Below, piece after piece: positions 28,099 through 37,643 of a stretch of DNA of 64,000 bases. The position numbers were made by a program, and so were the translations under genes. Each line of letters starts with the position of its first letter. Positions within the stretch are counted from its first letter, which is position 1. Source of the DNA: Ruminococcus sp. (lineage in GTDB: Bacteria > Bacillota > Clostridia > Oscillospirales > Ruminococcaceae); assembly GCA_017960805.1 (NCBI GenBank), contig JAGCYM010000023.1:43103-107102 (forward strand). The letters run 5' to 3'. The notes under the pieces are model-generated. The model was given only the letters and a program-made list of their open reading frames with translations, ran no database searches and was not told the DNA's origin.

Positions 28099-28887
28099 AT
28101 GAACGTGCTCATAATTGATGATGATCCAGTTGATTGTGAACACGCAAGACTAGCGCTTGAAGAAATAGGTGTAAAATGTGACATTGCTCATTCCGGTGAA
28201 GAAGCAATAGAAATAGTTAAGCTTCAGCACATACGTAAGCAGTCTTATTCACTTATTCTTGTAGATTTAAAAATGCCTGATATGAATGGTATCGAAACAA
28301 CAAAAGAAATTCGAAAGCTAATTGCCCATGAAACATCTATCATTATAATCACAGCTTATAAGTGGGATGATATTCAAAAAGAAGCTTTAGACGCTGACGT
28401 TGACAGCTTTATAACAAAGCCTTTAGTTGCCAATAATGTCATAGAAGAATTCAGATTGGCTATGCTAAAGAGAACTAATACAAATAAAAATAATAAAAAG
28501 GCCAATCTGAAAGGCAGAAGAATACTTCTAGCCGAGGACGTTGAGATCAATGCAGAGATAATGGCTATGGTTCTCCAAATCCTTGAAATAAGTGTTGACA
28601 CTGCTGAAAACGGCAGAAAAGCTGTCGATATGTTCATTGAGAGCAATCCAGGTTATTACAATGCCATACTCATGGATATAAGAATGCCTGAAATGGACGG
28701 ACTTGAAGCGACGTCTCTAATACGTGATCTTGAGCGTCCTAATGCTAAGACTATTCCTATAATTGCTCTTACAGCAAATGCGTTTGATGAAGATGTTCAA
28801 AGAAGTATGCAAGCTGGAATGAATGCACATCTAACAAAACCCATAGACAAAAATTCTCTCTTTACTACCCTCGAAAATCTTATCTAG
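28099..28887 (+). CDS. Tandem receiver (REC-REC) protein, probably the detached C-terminus of a hybrid histidine kinase
   Basis: Two REC domains (IDDD..LVDLKMP..TKP; AED..LMDIRMP..ALTANAF..TKP); no kinase or output domain. Confidence 0.85.
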   Translation: MNVLIIDDDPVDCEHARLALEEIGVKCDIAHSGEEAIEIVKLQHIRKQSYSLILVDLKMPDMNGIETTKEIRKLIAHETSIIIITAYKWDDIQKEALDADVDSFITKPLVANNVIEEFRLAMLKRTNTNKNNKKANLKGRRILLAEDVEINAEIMAMVLQILEISVDTAENGRKAVDMFIESNPGYYNAILMDIRMPEMDGLEATSLIRDLERPNAKTIPIIALTANAFDEDVQRSMQAGMNAHLTKPIDKNSLFTTLENLI

Positions 28888-29008
28888 GATTAACGATATA
28901 GTTCAGAGTGATACAAAAAAGAAACACCATAATAATACTGATGATTTTTCAGAATTATTATGGTGTTATTTTTAAAATTGAAATGCACTAATAAATGCTA
29001 CTGAATAG

Positions 29009-30937
29009 CTAACTGGTTCTCTGTTTACGATGATAGACTTTATACTGATACATTTTTTCATCTGCCTTGCGCACAACTTCTTCCGCTTCCTGAACAGAAT
29101 GCACACTATACAACAAAGAACCAATACTTGCTGTAATCGGATATGGTTTCTCATAAATTTTTGCTTTTTGTTCAAGGAGATTCAGGAATTTCTGCTTTCT
29201 ATGATCAGATTCATTATCCGGATACTGTCCTATTCCAAGCAAATAGAACTCGTCTCCTCCTGCTCTGATACAGATCTCATGCTCTTCAGTAATCGCTGAC
29301 AATGTTGAACAAACAAGGTTAATACCAAAATCGCCCTCATGATGTCCAAAGGTATCATTGATATACTTTAGTTTATCCATATCAACAACACATACCAGCA
29401 GCTTATCATTATCATGCTTCTGTTGAATCATACGTTCAAGATAATCATACATGCCACGGCGATTAAATGCTCCTGTCATTTCATCACGAATTGAGAAGAT
29501 CTGGAGAATACGCTTTGCACGAATCATCTCAAGCGAATTATTTATAAAACGCAGCCAGTTGCGATATACAAGGTTTAGTTTAGTGTGATCTGAAATATTG
29601 CGTTGAAGGACAGAGTATCCAAGCATTTTCCCCACGAAATGAACTGAGGAAAAATAAAAAACTGAAGCCTCATCCCTTTCATTATACAGCTGCGGAATCA
29701 TATATTCTGTCGGAAATGTTATATGCTCCTCAGCTTTATAAATCATCTTCTCACCATTAGCAACAACAATCTTCATAGTATCAGGGTATCCTTCATACTG
29801 ATCATTGTCCATATCTGTCCAGTCCTCACGTAAACAAAGCATGAGATTTCGGAACGGAGATGCCAGATAAGTGCTATTCTGGATCTTATAAAGACATTCA
29901 TCAATAGTTTCAGCACCTGTAAAATCTTCAAGAACATAACTCTCCATAAGGAGCCCGATATCTGCATTCTTCATCATATCAGGATCAGCATAAGTCCGTG
30001 AAGTACAATACAAAGCAGAACGGAAAGATTTTAATGCATCTTTAAGATCAACCTGACAACCACAACTCATCCCAGGATGAAACAGCATTCCAGTATCCAT
30101 TTTATATGGAATTATATCTTCATCCGGTTCTATCTGCTTGCGAATCCAGTCAATTGAATTTGCCCCCACCTGAATGTCACCAGTATCATATGAAGACAGT
30201 GTAACTCTGTTGCTTGCACTTTCCTCAATATAATCAAATCCCACAACTATCAAGTCTTCAGGAACTCTTATACCATTCGTGATTAGTTTATCAATCAAGC
30301 CCAGTGCCATATGATCACTTGTACAAATAACAGCTTCAGGCATAGATATTTCGCCATTAATCAGCTGTTCACCAAGTCTGTCTCCGCTTGAGTACCAGAA
30401 ATCACCATAAATTATATGCTCTGGCAAAACAGATAAATCATGTGCTTTTATCTCATCAAGAACAGATGATAAACGCGATTCAGCAATATAGTTATCCTTC
30501 TGCCCTGTTAGTATGCAGATTCTCTTTTTGTGATGATGCTCGATAATATGCCTGCAGCTTTCTTTTAAAACATCATCATTACATGCTTCAATTGTGGTGA
30601 TTCCATCAATCGGCAATTCCAAAGCACATACTTTAAGCTTAGGATAATGTTTGATGCGTTCACATAATTTCGCTAGTATTTTGCAATCTTTAGCTTCATT
30701 AAGATTTGTTGTATCAAGTATAACTCCATCCATTTCAGAAAAATTGCAAAGATTAAAGATGTTAGCCTCTCCTTGCAAATACTGTTTCCTGTCGAACTGC
30801 AGATGAGTCATTGAACCGAAAACGCAAAGATCATAATCATACTTCTGACACTGATAAAGCATTCCATCTGTCACATGTCGAGCATGAACTCCTTCTGGAA
30901 GCGAAGTAAAGAAAGCAATACGTTTACGTCTTTTCAT
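29009..30937 (-). CDS. LacI/PBP1-type sensor - GGDEF diguanylate cyclase
   Basis: GDFW, AVICTSDHMALG, GIRVPEDLIVVGFD ligand-binding fold without HTH; DMDKLKYINDTFGHHEGD and RAGGDEF. GGGAGGG RBS supports ATG 30937. Confidence 0.9.
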   Translation of the reverse strand: MKRRKRIAFFTSLPEGVHARHVTDGMLYQCQKYDYDLCVFGSMTHLQFDRKQYLQGEANIFNLCNFSEMDGVILDTTNLNEAKDCKILAKLCERIKHYPKLKVCALELPIDGITTIEACNDDVLKESCRHIIEHHHKKRICILTGQKDNYIAESRLSSVLDEIKAHDLSVLPEHIIYGDFWYSSGDRLGEQLINGEISMPEAVICTSDHMALGLIDKLITNGIRVPEDLIVVGFDYIEESASNRVTLSSYDTGDIQVGANSIDWIRKQIEPDEDIIPYKMDTGMLFHPGMSCGCQVDLKDALKSFRSALYCTSRTYADPDMMKNADIGLLMESYVLEDFTGAETIDECLYKIQNSTYLASPFRNLMLCLREDWTDMDNDQYEGYPDTMKIVVANGEKMIYKAEEHITFPTEYMIPQLYNERDEASVFYFSSVHFVGKMLGYSVLQRNISDHTKLNLVYRNWLRFINNSLEMIRAKRILQIFSIRDEMTGAFNRRGMYDYLERMIQQKHDNDKLLVCVVDMDKLKYINDTFGHHEGDFGINLVCSTLSAITEEHEICIRAGGDEFYLLGIGQYPDNESDHRKQKFLNLLEQKAKIYEKPYPITASIGSLLYSVHSVQEAEEVVRKADEKMYQYKVYHRKQRTS

Positions 30938-31187
30938 TTTCCCTCCCTGCTTTCTCTTATAATGTAATAAAATTATAGCACAATCCACACATTAATTCAA
31001 GTCTAATACAAAATTATATATATCTTTACACAAAAAATATACAAATACCACACAAATTGTTCCCGGTTTGTTCACATTGTGTAGAATAATCTCTTATTTA
31101 GATAATTTTAATCTGCCAAAAAATGTTGAACTCCTTTAAAGAAAGTGATATAATAGAAGCATTGTTAAATGATAGAAAGGACTTACA

Positions 31188-33812
31188 ATGAAATTAATTA
31201 AAAAAATAGGAGGATTTGCAACAGCCCTACTAATGCTATTATCAGTACACAGCGGTGTTTCTTTTTCTAAAGCAGAACAGAAATCTTATAAACTGTACAT
31301 AAATGAAGTTTGCACTCAGAATAAAAAAAGCTTCACTGACAGTCTCAACAGGGCATCTGACTGGATAGAACTATATAACAGTGATAATAATGATTTGGAC
31401 TTATCAGGCTTTGGGTTGTCTGACAATCCAGATAATCCCATGAAATTTGTTTTTCCTTCAGGAACAGTCATAAAAAAAGGACAGTACCTAATTATCGTAT
31501 CTGATAAAAACGGAATCGGTATGACAGAACTCAACACAGGCTTCGGCCTGAGCAAATCAGGAGAAATACTTTCTCTCTCCTCCCCTGACGGAACAATACT
31601 TCAAACGTTAGAGATCCCTGCACTTGCAGAGGACACTACATTTGGTCGTTTATCTGACGGAACCTATTCAGTGATGACTCCAACTCCTTCTTCAGCAAAT
31701 CATCCCACCCCCGCAGAACCTGTATTCTCTCTTGAATCCGGTTTCTACAGTGTGAATGATGTTAAACAGCTTTCTTTAACATCAGCTGAAAAGATTTACT
31801 ATACGCTTGACGGATCTGATCCAACCACTTCCGCTACAGCTAAAGTCTACACCGATGCTATTCCAATGTATGACAGAAGCATAGATGATAATGTATACAG
31901 CAAATATCAACATGAAGACTACAGTCCTTACTCGATCACGCTATCTCAGTCGTACGAAGCTAATCCAGAAAAATTTGATAAAGTAACCATTGTTAGAGCA
32001 GCCTCCAAAGCATCAGATGGTTCATTCAGCAGAGTTATCTCAAAGACATATTTTATCATGGATGATGAAAAACTGAAATACTATTCAGAAATACCTGTAA
32101 TATCTATTGTAACAGATCCTGATAACCTGTTTGATAAGGATAAGGGCATATATGTCACTGGTCAAAAATACATGGACTACCTGGAAAACGCTGAAAACGA
32201 TGAAGGCATATTGGATGATATTACAAATTTCTCTTCATCCGGCAAGGAATGGGAACGTGAAGCTGATATCTCTTATTTCAAGAATGGAAATCTTGGCTTC
32301 ACTCAGAAAATGGGAATACGCATAAGAGGTGCATCAACAAGAGATAGCGAAGCAAAAAGCTTCAATATCTACGCAAGAAGTGAATACGGTGACTCAAAGC
32401 TCGATTTTAAGATATTAGACGAAAATCGTTCAGTAACTGATAACAAGATAATAAAACGTTATGATTCATTCGGCCTTAGATCAGTCACTTGGATTGACAG
32501 ACTCAGAGAACTAACAGTTAATTCTTCGCTTAAGGATCTTCCTGCTCTTGCCACGTACGCCAATGACAGATGTATGTTATTCATTGACGGAGAACTCTGG
32601 GGAATGTATGAGATAACTGAAAAGGCTTCTGATTACTATATTCAGACAAAATACGGAGTTCCTTCAGAAAACGTATCAATTATTAAAAACGGTGTACTCG
32701 AGGAAGGACCTGAAGATGAACCTCTAAATCTTCAGTTACTTGGAGATTTCTGTGAGGAGAACGATCTCTCTTCTCCTGAAAACTATGCTTATGTGACATC
32801 TCAGGTCGATGTTGAAAGCATTATTGATCATTACTGTACTGGTCTATATCTTGGCATATGGGATTGGCCGAACTATAATTACCTCATATGGAGAAACAAT
32901 TCTGATGCTATAGAAGGCAATCCATACAGCGACGGCAAATGGAGATTCGGATCATTTGATTTTGATTACTCTGTCGGAATTACTTATGATTCATTTGGAG
33001 ATGTTGAGCCATATCAGCACGACAGTTTCCAAAAAATGGACAGCGTTAAAGAAGGTATCCCAACACTGATATTCACTAAGCTACTTGAAAATCCAGAATT
33101 CAAGCAACAGTTTGCTGATAAATTCTATTCTTATGCATATTCAGTTTTTGAGTCATCGAAAATGGTCGCAGAACTTGATGAAGAGGAAAACAGATATATT
33201 GATTATCTTACTATGACTGCATGGCGTTGGCTTGATGGTCCTCCTGATTCAGAACTGAATGATTTCCTTTCTGAACAGAAGATCTATTATCACAACGAAA
33301 TGGAAGAAATGCGAACATTCTTCAAGAATCGTGCAGATTATGCAGTTATGAATATGCAGAATTACCTCGGAATACCTAACGATGCTGCTACTATAACTGT
33401 TACCAAAAACGGAAACGGTAACATATCCGCTAGTTCTGTCAGTACCAAGTTTTCAGGAAATGTCTGGACAGGATCATTTGAAAAAGGAGAAAAAATAACT
33501 CTCACAGCAAAGCCTGATGATGGATATACATTTGCTGGCTGGTCCGGTGCCATAACCTCCGATTCTGAAACAATTACAGTCTCTGCAGAAAAGGCAACAG
33601 CGTTAGTTTGTTCTTTCCAAAAGAAAGAGTCTGCTAAAGGCGATATAAATATGGACGGAACAATAAGTGTTGCAGATCTACTACTCTTAAACAAATACCT
33701 ACTCAAAGCTGGTAATATTTCAAAAAAGCAATTTGAACTTGCTGATATGAATTCAGACAATTCAGCTGATATATTTGACCTTGTCTGTCTGCGCAAAGAA
33801 CTACTGAATTAG
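31188..33812 (+). CDS. Lamin-tail domain - CHB_HEX_C - CotH kinase - InlB-B-like repeat - dockerin
   Basis: Signal peptide; YINEV..SDWIELYN lamin-tail domain; YYTLDGSDP; GIRIRGA..R..KSFNIYAR, WDWP.NY and WRFGSFDFD; GYTFAGWSG; C-terminal dockerin. Confidence 0.88.
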   Translation: MKLIKKIGGFATALLMLLSVHSGVSFSKAEQKSYKLYINEVCTQNKKSFTDSLNRASDWIELYNSDNNDLDLSGFGLSDNPDNPMKFVFPSGTVIKKGQYLIIVSDKNGIGMTELNTGFGLSKSGEILSLSSPDGTILQTLEIPALAEDTTFGRLSDGTYSVMTPTPSSANHPTPAEPVFSLESGFYSVNDVKQLSLTSAEKIYYTLDGSDPTTSATAKVYTDAIPMYDRSIDDNVYSKYQHEDYSPYSITLSQSYEANPEKFDKVTIVRAASKASDGSFSRVISKTYFIMDDEKLKYYSEIPVISIVTDPDNLFDKDKGIYVTGQKYMDYLENAENDEGILDDITNFSSSGKEWEREADISYFKNGNLGFTQKMGIRIRGASTRDSEAKSFNIYARSEYGDSKLDFKILDENRSVTDNKIIKRYDSFGLRSVTWIDRLRELTVNSSLKDLPALATYANDRCMLFIDGELWGMYEITEKASDYYIQTKYGVPSENVSIIKNGVLEEGPEDEPLNLQLLGDFCEENDLSSPENYAYVTSQVDVESIIDHYCTGLYLGIWDWPNYNYLIWRNNSDAIEGNPYSDGKWRFGSFDFDYSVGITYDSFGDVEPYQHDSFQKMDSVKEGIPTLIFTKLLENPEFKQQFADKFYSYAYSVFESSKMVAELDEEENRYIDYLTMTAWRWLDGPPDSELNDFLSEQKIYYHNEMEEMRTFFKNRADYAVMNMQNYLGIPNDAATITVTKNGNGNISASSVSTKFSGNVWTGSFEKGEKITLTAKPDDGYTFAGWSGAITSDSETITVSAEKATALVCSFQKKESAKGDINMDGTISVADLLLLNKYLLKAGNISKKQFELADMNSDNSADIFDLVCLRKELLN

Positions 33813-33924
33813 CAAATTTACGTCAACGACTTGAAGTTCATATATACAACTGATATTCTTTAGTTTCCGAATTCACAGATAGCTGACACATTTACAATGA
33901 TAATAAGCTATGAAACACCAGAAT

Positions 33925-33952
33925 GAAAAATCCGCCAAACGGCGGATTTTTC
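33925..33952. terminator. Bidirectional terminator
   Basis: GAAAAATCCGCC/GGCGGATTTTTC. Confidence 0.8.
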
Positions 33953-34006
33953 TGTATTCTATAGAAAAAAGAACTTTTCATCTGAAACTACTTAATCGAT
34001 AGGAGA

Positions 34007-35026
34007 TCAACATGAAAATGTAGAGGCAATAGCGTAGTATTCTAGTATCAACGAAGCGTCCTTAGCATCAATCCTGGCATCAATATTGACATCAGCAGAC
34101 TCTTTCTGCATATCTGTTAATCCATTATCTTCACCTGTTGAAGCTTTTGCATATGCTGCTAATACCATCGAAGCATCTTTAGCATCAATCTTTCCATCAT
34201 CATTAACATCTCCGAGATAATAGTCAAACAACGGTTCCGGTGGAGTCGCTGAAGTAGTCGTAGTCGGCTTTTCGCCATTCATCCTGATATAGCCGTTAAA
34301 AATACCTTTTGTGAATACATAAGTCATCTGAAGTTTTCCTGCATCGTCTTTTTCCGAATTAATGAATGAATCATAAGCAATACCATCATCAACATATGAA
34401 ATACCAAAAGGATATACTTCACCCGGGCCTGCATCTTCAGGGACTATAAAATCGACAGTGAAAATACTGCCTTTATCAATAATAGTATCTTCCGAATATG
34501 CGTAAAACACTATTTGTCCTTCTTCTATCATTTTCGAACCTGTTGTGAACCCATTTAGAGCCTTACCTGCTGTAACGACATCGCCATATGAGTTTTCCTG
34601 AACTTTCAATCTGGTATCATAAAAAAAGTGAAACTTTACATGACTGACTGGTTCGGTGGCTCCAGTAACACTGAAATAAACCCTCTGAACCTTTCCGTTG
34701 GCACCTCCAGGCTCAAGTCCGAGCTTGTCAAAGAACAGCATTATATTACCTTTATAATCTTTAGGATCAATCTTTGGAGAATTCCATTCTTTTGGCTGAA
34801 CCCAACTCTTTTTGTCATAAGTTACTTCTTCATCATCCTGGTTGTTGAAGGGATTTTCTAATGACTCATTTAAATCAGTAATGGAATCCTCACTCATTGT
34901 GGCAGCTTCTGAGGAATTATCTGAATGAGTTTCTAGAATAATATTTGGACAATAATGGAAAACTGATAAAATTAACGAAAAGCTTGTGATCAGAGATAAT
35001 AAGTGATTTAAATTATTTTTTTTCAT
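34007..35026 (-). CDS. Cohesin-like domain plus dockerin (monovalent adaptor scaffoldin candidate)
   Basis: N-terminal hydrophobic signal; YDTRL...FTVDFIVPEDAGPGEVYPFGI...NGYI resembles Ruminococcus cohesins; dockerin GDVNDDGKIDAKDAS...ADVNIDARIDAKDAS. Confidence 0.7.
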   Translation of the reverse strand: MKKNNLNHLLSLITSFSLILSVFHYCPNIILETHSDNSSEAATMSEDSITDLNESLENPFNNQDDEEVTYDKKSWVQPKEWNSPKIDPKDYKGNIMLFFDKLGLEPGGANGKVQRVYFSVTGATEPVSHVKFHFFYDTRLKVQENSYGDVVTAGKALNGFTTGSKMIEEGQIVFYAYSEDTIIDKGSIFTVDFIVPEDAGPGEVYPFGISYVDDGIAYDSFINSEKDDAGKLQMTYVFTKGIFNGYIRMNGEKPTTTTSATPPEPLFDYYLGDVNDDGKIDAKDASMVLAAYAKASTGEDNGLTDMQKESADVNIDARIDAKDASLILEYYAIASTFSC

Positions 35027-35353
35027 ATTCAAACTCCCAATGTATATTGATGGAGATTACAATTATATTTAATTATACATCAAATCTCGTTTTTCTTCAA
35101 TAGTTTTTTAAAATCATCTACAATACTCGTTTTTCATTTACTAAAAATATAATCATATGCTCAGTTTTTGACAATCTGCTGCCTGAATTATGAACGGCTT
35201 ATTTGTTCTCAACCGAATTTTAATAACTATACCATTTGATCAAATCTCCAGCCTGTTTTCCAGATGTAAAGTTCTAAACGAAAAAGTTTTTCTAAACAAG
35301 GGAAAGCTTTACAAATATTTTTTAATAATGCATCGTTTTTTTTCACAGAATAA

Positions 35354-35382
35354 TTGACTTTTATTTGTTATTATGGTATAAT
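35354..35382 (+). promoter_or_regulatory. sigma-A promoter with extended -10
   Basis: TTGACT-17 bp-(TG)-TATAAT upstream of the EAL gene. Confidence 0.75.
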
Positions 35383-35419
35383 AAGTCCAAATATTTGATA
35401 TGGTCAGGAGGGGTAATAC

Positions 35420-37117
35420 ATGCAGGAATTGCTTAATCGCCCAAAAGGGCTTCACAGAACTGTTCTAATTGTTGATGATGAATTGATTGAAAGAGAGATG
35501 CTCGGAGCAATTCTCTGTGATTATTACGAGATCATCTATACGGACAACGGCGAGTCAGCACTTGAAATAATAAAGCGAGAAAAACTGACACTTTCTCTCG
35601 TACTTCTTGATCTGCATATTCCTAAACTTGATGGATTCAGTTTATTAAAGATAATACGTTCTGATAGTGAATTATGGCGTATTCCTGTAATTATGCTCAC
35701 CGCTGAAAAAGAAGCTGAAGTTGAAAGTCTTCAGCTCGGTGCAGCAGATTTTATCACAAAGCCCTATGATGCACCAGATGTTATCAGAGCAAGAGTGAAT
35801 CATTCAATTGAACTGGCTGAAGATAGAATAATAATACTTGATACTGAAAGAGATGCATTAACAGGTCTCTTCAATAAAGAATTCTTCTTTGAATATGCAA
35901 GAAGAATGGAGAATCAGAACAATAACATGCCTATGGACGCTATAGTTATTGATGTTAATCGTTTTCATATAATTAATGAGCTTTATGGTAAAGATTATGC
36001 TGACCTAATCCTTAAAAGAATCGGAAACAGCATTCATGATCTTGTTACCCAAGTCGGCGGACTTGCGTGCAGAAGCAACAGTAATTGCTTTGGTATTTAT
36101 GTTCCCCATATAGAAAACTACAAAGTTCAGCTTCCTATGTACATATCTATGATTGAAAAAGGCTTAGAAGATACTAGGATTACTATACGAATGGGAGTTT
36201 ACTTAGATGAAGGACAAAAAATTGATCTTGAGCAGCGATTTGAACGAGCCGCTCTTGTCTGCCGTAAAATAGGAAGCAATTATTCAACATGTTATGACGT
36301 ATACAATACAGCTCTTCATACTAAAGAACTCCATTCTGAACGACTTATAAATGATATGGACTCTGCACTAATTGAGAAGCAGTTCAAAGTATTCTATCAG
36401 CCCAAATACAGCATCAAGGACAACAAACCAGTATTTACTAGCTTTGAAGCTCTTGTACGCTGGTATCATCCGGAATATGGTTTGATAACCCCTGATGAAT
36501 TCATAGTTTTATTTGAAGACAACGGCTTGATTCGCCAGCTCGACAGATATGTTTGGAATGAAGCAGCAGCTCAAATCAGAAAATGGAGAGACGAATTTGG
36601 ATTCAGTATCCCTGTATCGGTCAATGTTTCCAGGGTTGATGCTTTTAATCCCAAACTTGTAGAGACACTTAAAAACATCATTGAAAATAACGGTATTAAC
36701 AACGAGGACCTTCTGCTTGAGATTACCGAATCTGCATATGCTGATAATTCTCAGCAAATAATTAACACTGTTGTCGTTCTACGTGATAATGGATTCAAAA
36801 TAGAAATGGATGACTTTGGCAGCGGATATTCATCATTGAATATGCTCTGCTCTTTACCAATTGATGCTCTAAAACTAGATATGAAGTTCGTAAAGAATAT
36901 ATGCAACAATCAAAAAGACTATCGCCTCGTTGGAATAATGACGGAAATAGCAAGGCTGCTGGAAGTCCCGGTAATAGTAGAAGGCGTTGAGACAGAGCAG
37001 CAACTCAAACTCCTGAAAGAAATAGGTTGTGATATTATTCAGGGCTATTATTTCTCAAAGCCATTGCCTGCTGAAGATATAACTGAGCTTATAAGAAAAA
37101 CAGTGCAAGGAGAATAA
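35420..37117 (+). CDS. REC - degenerate GGDEF - EAL c-di-GMP phosphodiesterase
   Basis: REC (VDD..LLDL..TKP); GGDEF site replaced by SNSNCF; EALVRW, LEITES, DDFGSGYSS, VEGVE and QGYYFSKP intact. Confidence 0.9.
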   Translation: MQELLNRPKGLHRTVLIVDDELIEREMLGAILCDYYEIIYTDNGESALEIIKREKLTLSLVLLDLHIPKLDGFSLLKIIRSDSELWRIPVIMLTAEKEAEVESLQLGAADFITKPYDAPDVIRARVNHSIELAEDRIIILDTERDALTGLFNKEFFFEYARRMENQNNNMPMDAIVIDVNRFHIINELYGKDYADLILKRIGNSIHDLVTQVGGLACRSNSNCFGIYVPHIENYKVQLPMYISMIEKGLEDTRITIRMGVYLDEGQKIDLEQRFERAALVCRKIGSNYSTCYDVYNTALHTKELHSERLINDMDSALIEKQFKVFYQPKYSIKDNKPVFTSFEALVRWYHPEYGLITPDEFIVLFEDNGLIRQLDRYVWNEAAAQIRKWRDEFGFSIPVSVNVSRVDAFNPKLVETLKNIIENNGINNEDLLLEITESAYADNSQQIINTVVVLRDNGFKIEMDDFGSGYSSLNMLCSLPIDALKLDMKFVKNICNNQKDYRLVGIMTEIARLLEVPVIVEGVETEQQLKLLKEIGCDIIQGYYFSKPLPAEDITELIRKTVQGE

Positions 37118-37120
37118 TAT

Positions 37121-37451
37121 ATGCTGACAATAGAGAAAATCATTCGGAGCGAATGATGATGAAGCTTTAGTAAGATGCATGAACAAAGAGGATTTTTATT
37201 TAAGGCTTGTTAATATTGCTATCAACGATACAAAACTGACTGAACTTGAACAACAGCTCAGTAATAATGACCTTGATTCCGCTTTTGAAACAGCACATGC
37301 ACTTAAAGGTGTTTATTCTAACCTTTCACTTACTCCACTCACAATCCCAATAAGTGAAATGGTCAACCTTCTCCGTAACAAAACGGATACAGATTATTCT
37401 AAACTTTTGAACGAGGAAAAAACACAGTTTCAATTTTTGTGCAATTTGTAA
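37121..37451 (+). pseudogene. Hpt phosphotransfer protein with an N-terminal frameshift
   Basis: AAGGAG RBS + ATG 37121 reads MLTIEK then stops. The Hpt sequence SFGANDDEALVRCMNKEDFY...AHALKG continues in another frame from 37140. Confidence 0.7.
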
Positions 37452-37548
37452 CACCAAAACGTTTTTTCTACCTATCCTGAATGCAAATACATGTTTCTAA
37501 ACAATTCAGTTTTATAAACTGCTTAGCACATTCCATAGTATTATCCCA

Positions 37549-37577
37549 TTGACTTTCTACCCCCAAATGGCTATAAT
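37549..37577 (+). promoter_or_regulatory. sigma-A promoter of the sortase gene
   Basis: TTGACT-17 bp-TATAAT. Confidence 0.75.
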
Positions 37578-37643
37578 TATAAATTGAACAAACAACTAAA
37601 AAGAGCGCCGCATTTGCGGCGCTCACTCTTAAGAAGGAACTCT

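Noticed and set aside
35100-35340. Long intergenic stretch as a possible c-di-GMP riboswitch or gene remnant
   Set aside because: No GEMM-type GCAAAC/GAAA/GCAAAGC architecture seen, and translations are short and unrecognisable; an Rfam scan would settle it.
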